A stretch of DNA of 64,000 nucleotides from a virus. The notes beneath the pieces are model-generated. The model was given only the letters and a program-made list of their open reading frames with translations, was not told the origin of the DNA and searched no databases. The stretch covers positions 121,115 through 185,114 of IMG/VR virus record IMGVR_UViG_3300034101_006340. One strand, written 5' to 3'. Shown piece after piece: positions 63,709-64,000 of the stretch. Made by a program: the position numbers and the translations under genes. The first letter of the stretch is position 1, and every line of letters begins with the position of its first letter.

Positions 63709-64000
63709 TGAAGTTTATCCGACAAAATACTGTGCCTATTAGTTATATTATTGCAACTACTTGTATTGGGTATTTGGTGGGATATACTAATGTGGGTTTG
63801 GTGGTTGGACTTCTAACTGTTTGTCTGGCTAATCTTATTTCTGTGGGGTTTATGAAATGAAAGCCTACGCTATCGTTTGTGAGTATGGGGCTGCTAGCAT
63901 CCATGAATCTATTGAGATGATTTGTAAGACTGAAAAGATTGCACGATCATATTATAATGATGCAGAGTTTTACGGTAGGCCGATTGATATTCGTGAAATA

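Noticed and set aside
1-64000. Stop-codon reassignment
   Set aside because: Long genes, including the 14-kb ORF, are intact in the standard code, and TAA, TAG and TGA are all used as coupled stops.

Overview
This window is a segment of a large dsDNA tailed phage genome (Caudoviricetes) with two divergent halves. Positions 1-52.2 kb are almost all on the minus strand and form a morphogenesis and packaging module. It contains a sigma-factor-like protein, a TerS-like candidate, GDP-mannose 4,6-dehydratase, HNH and ERCC4 nucleases, large terminase, portal, prohead protease with a nested scaffold, a capsid decoration protein and the major capsid protein. These are followed by about 40 kb of fibre/adhesin-like virion genes carrying FN3, LamG, collagen-like, cadherin-like, YadA-like, LCCL, discoidin, YHYH and Mtd_N-like domains, including a ~4,710-aa giant protein. 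Positions 52.3-64 kb are a plus-strand early-type region of tiny ORFs behind about 15 near-consensus sigma70 promoters. The most unusual signal is non-coding. Eight copies of an 82-bp element with a 29-24-29 architecture, made of two 11-7-11 dyad sites 53 bp apart, split the early region into gene cassettes. Several copies are coupled at a fixed distance to oppositely oriented sigma54-type -24/-12 sites and to a sigma70 promoter. The last cassette begins with an ORF-free, highly structured ~420-nt candidate ncRNA. No recombinase, tRNA, rRNA or CRISPR array is visible. The host is not determined; a PVC/Planctomycetota-like host would only be a guess from domain content.
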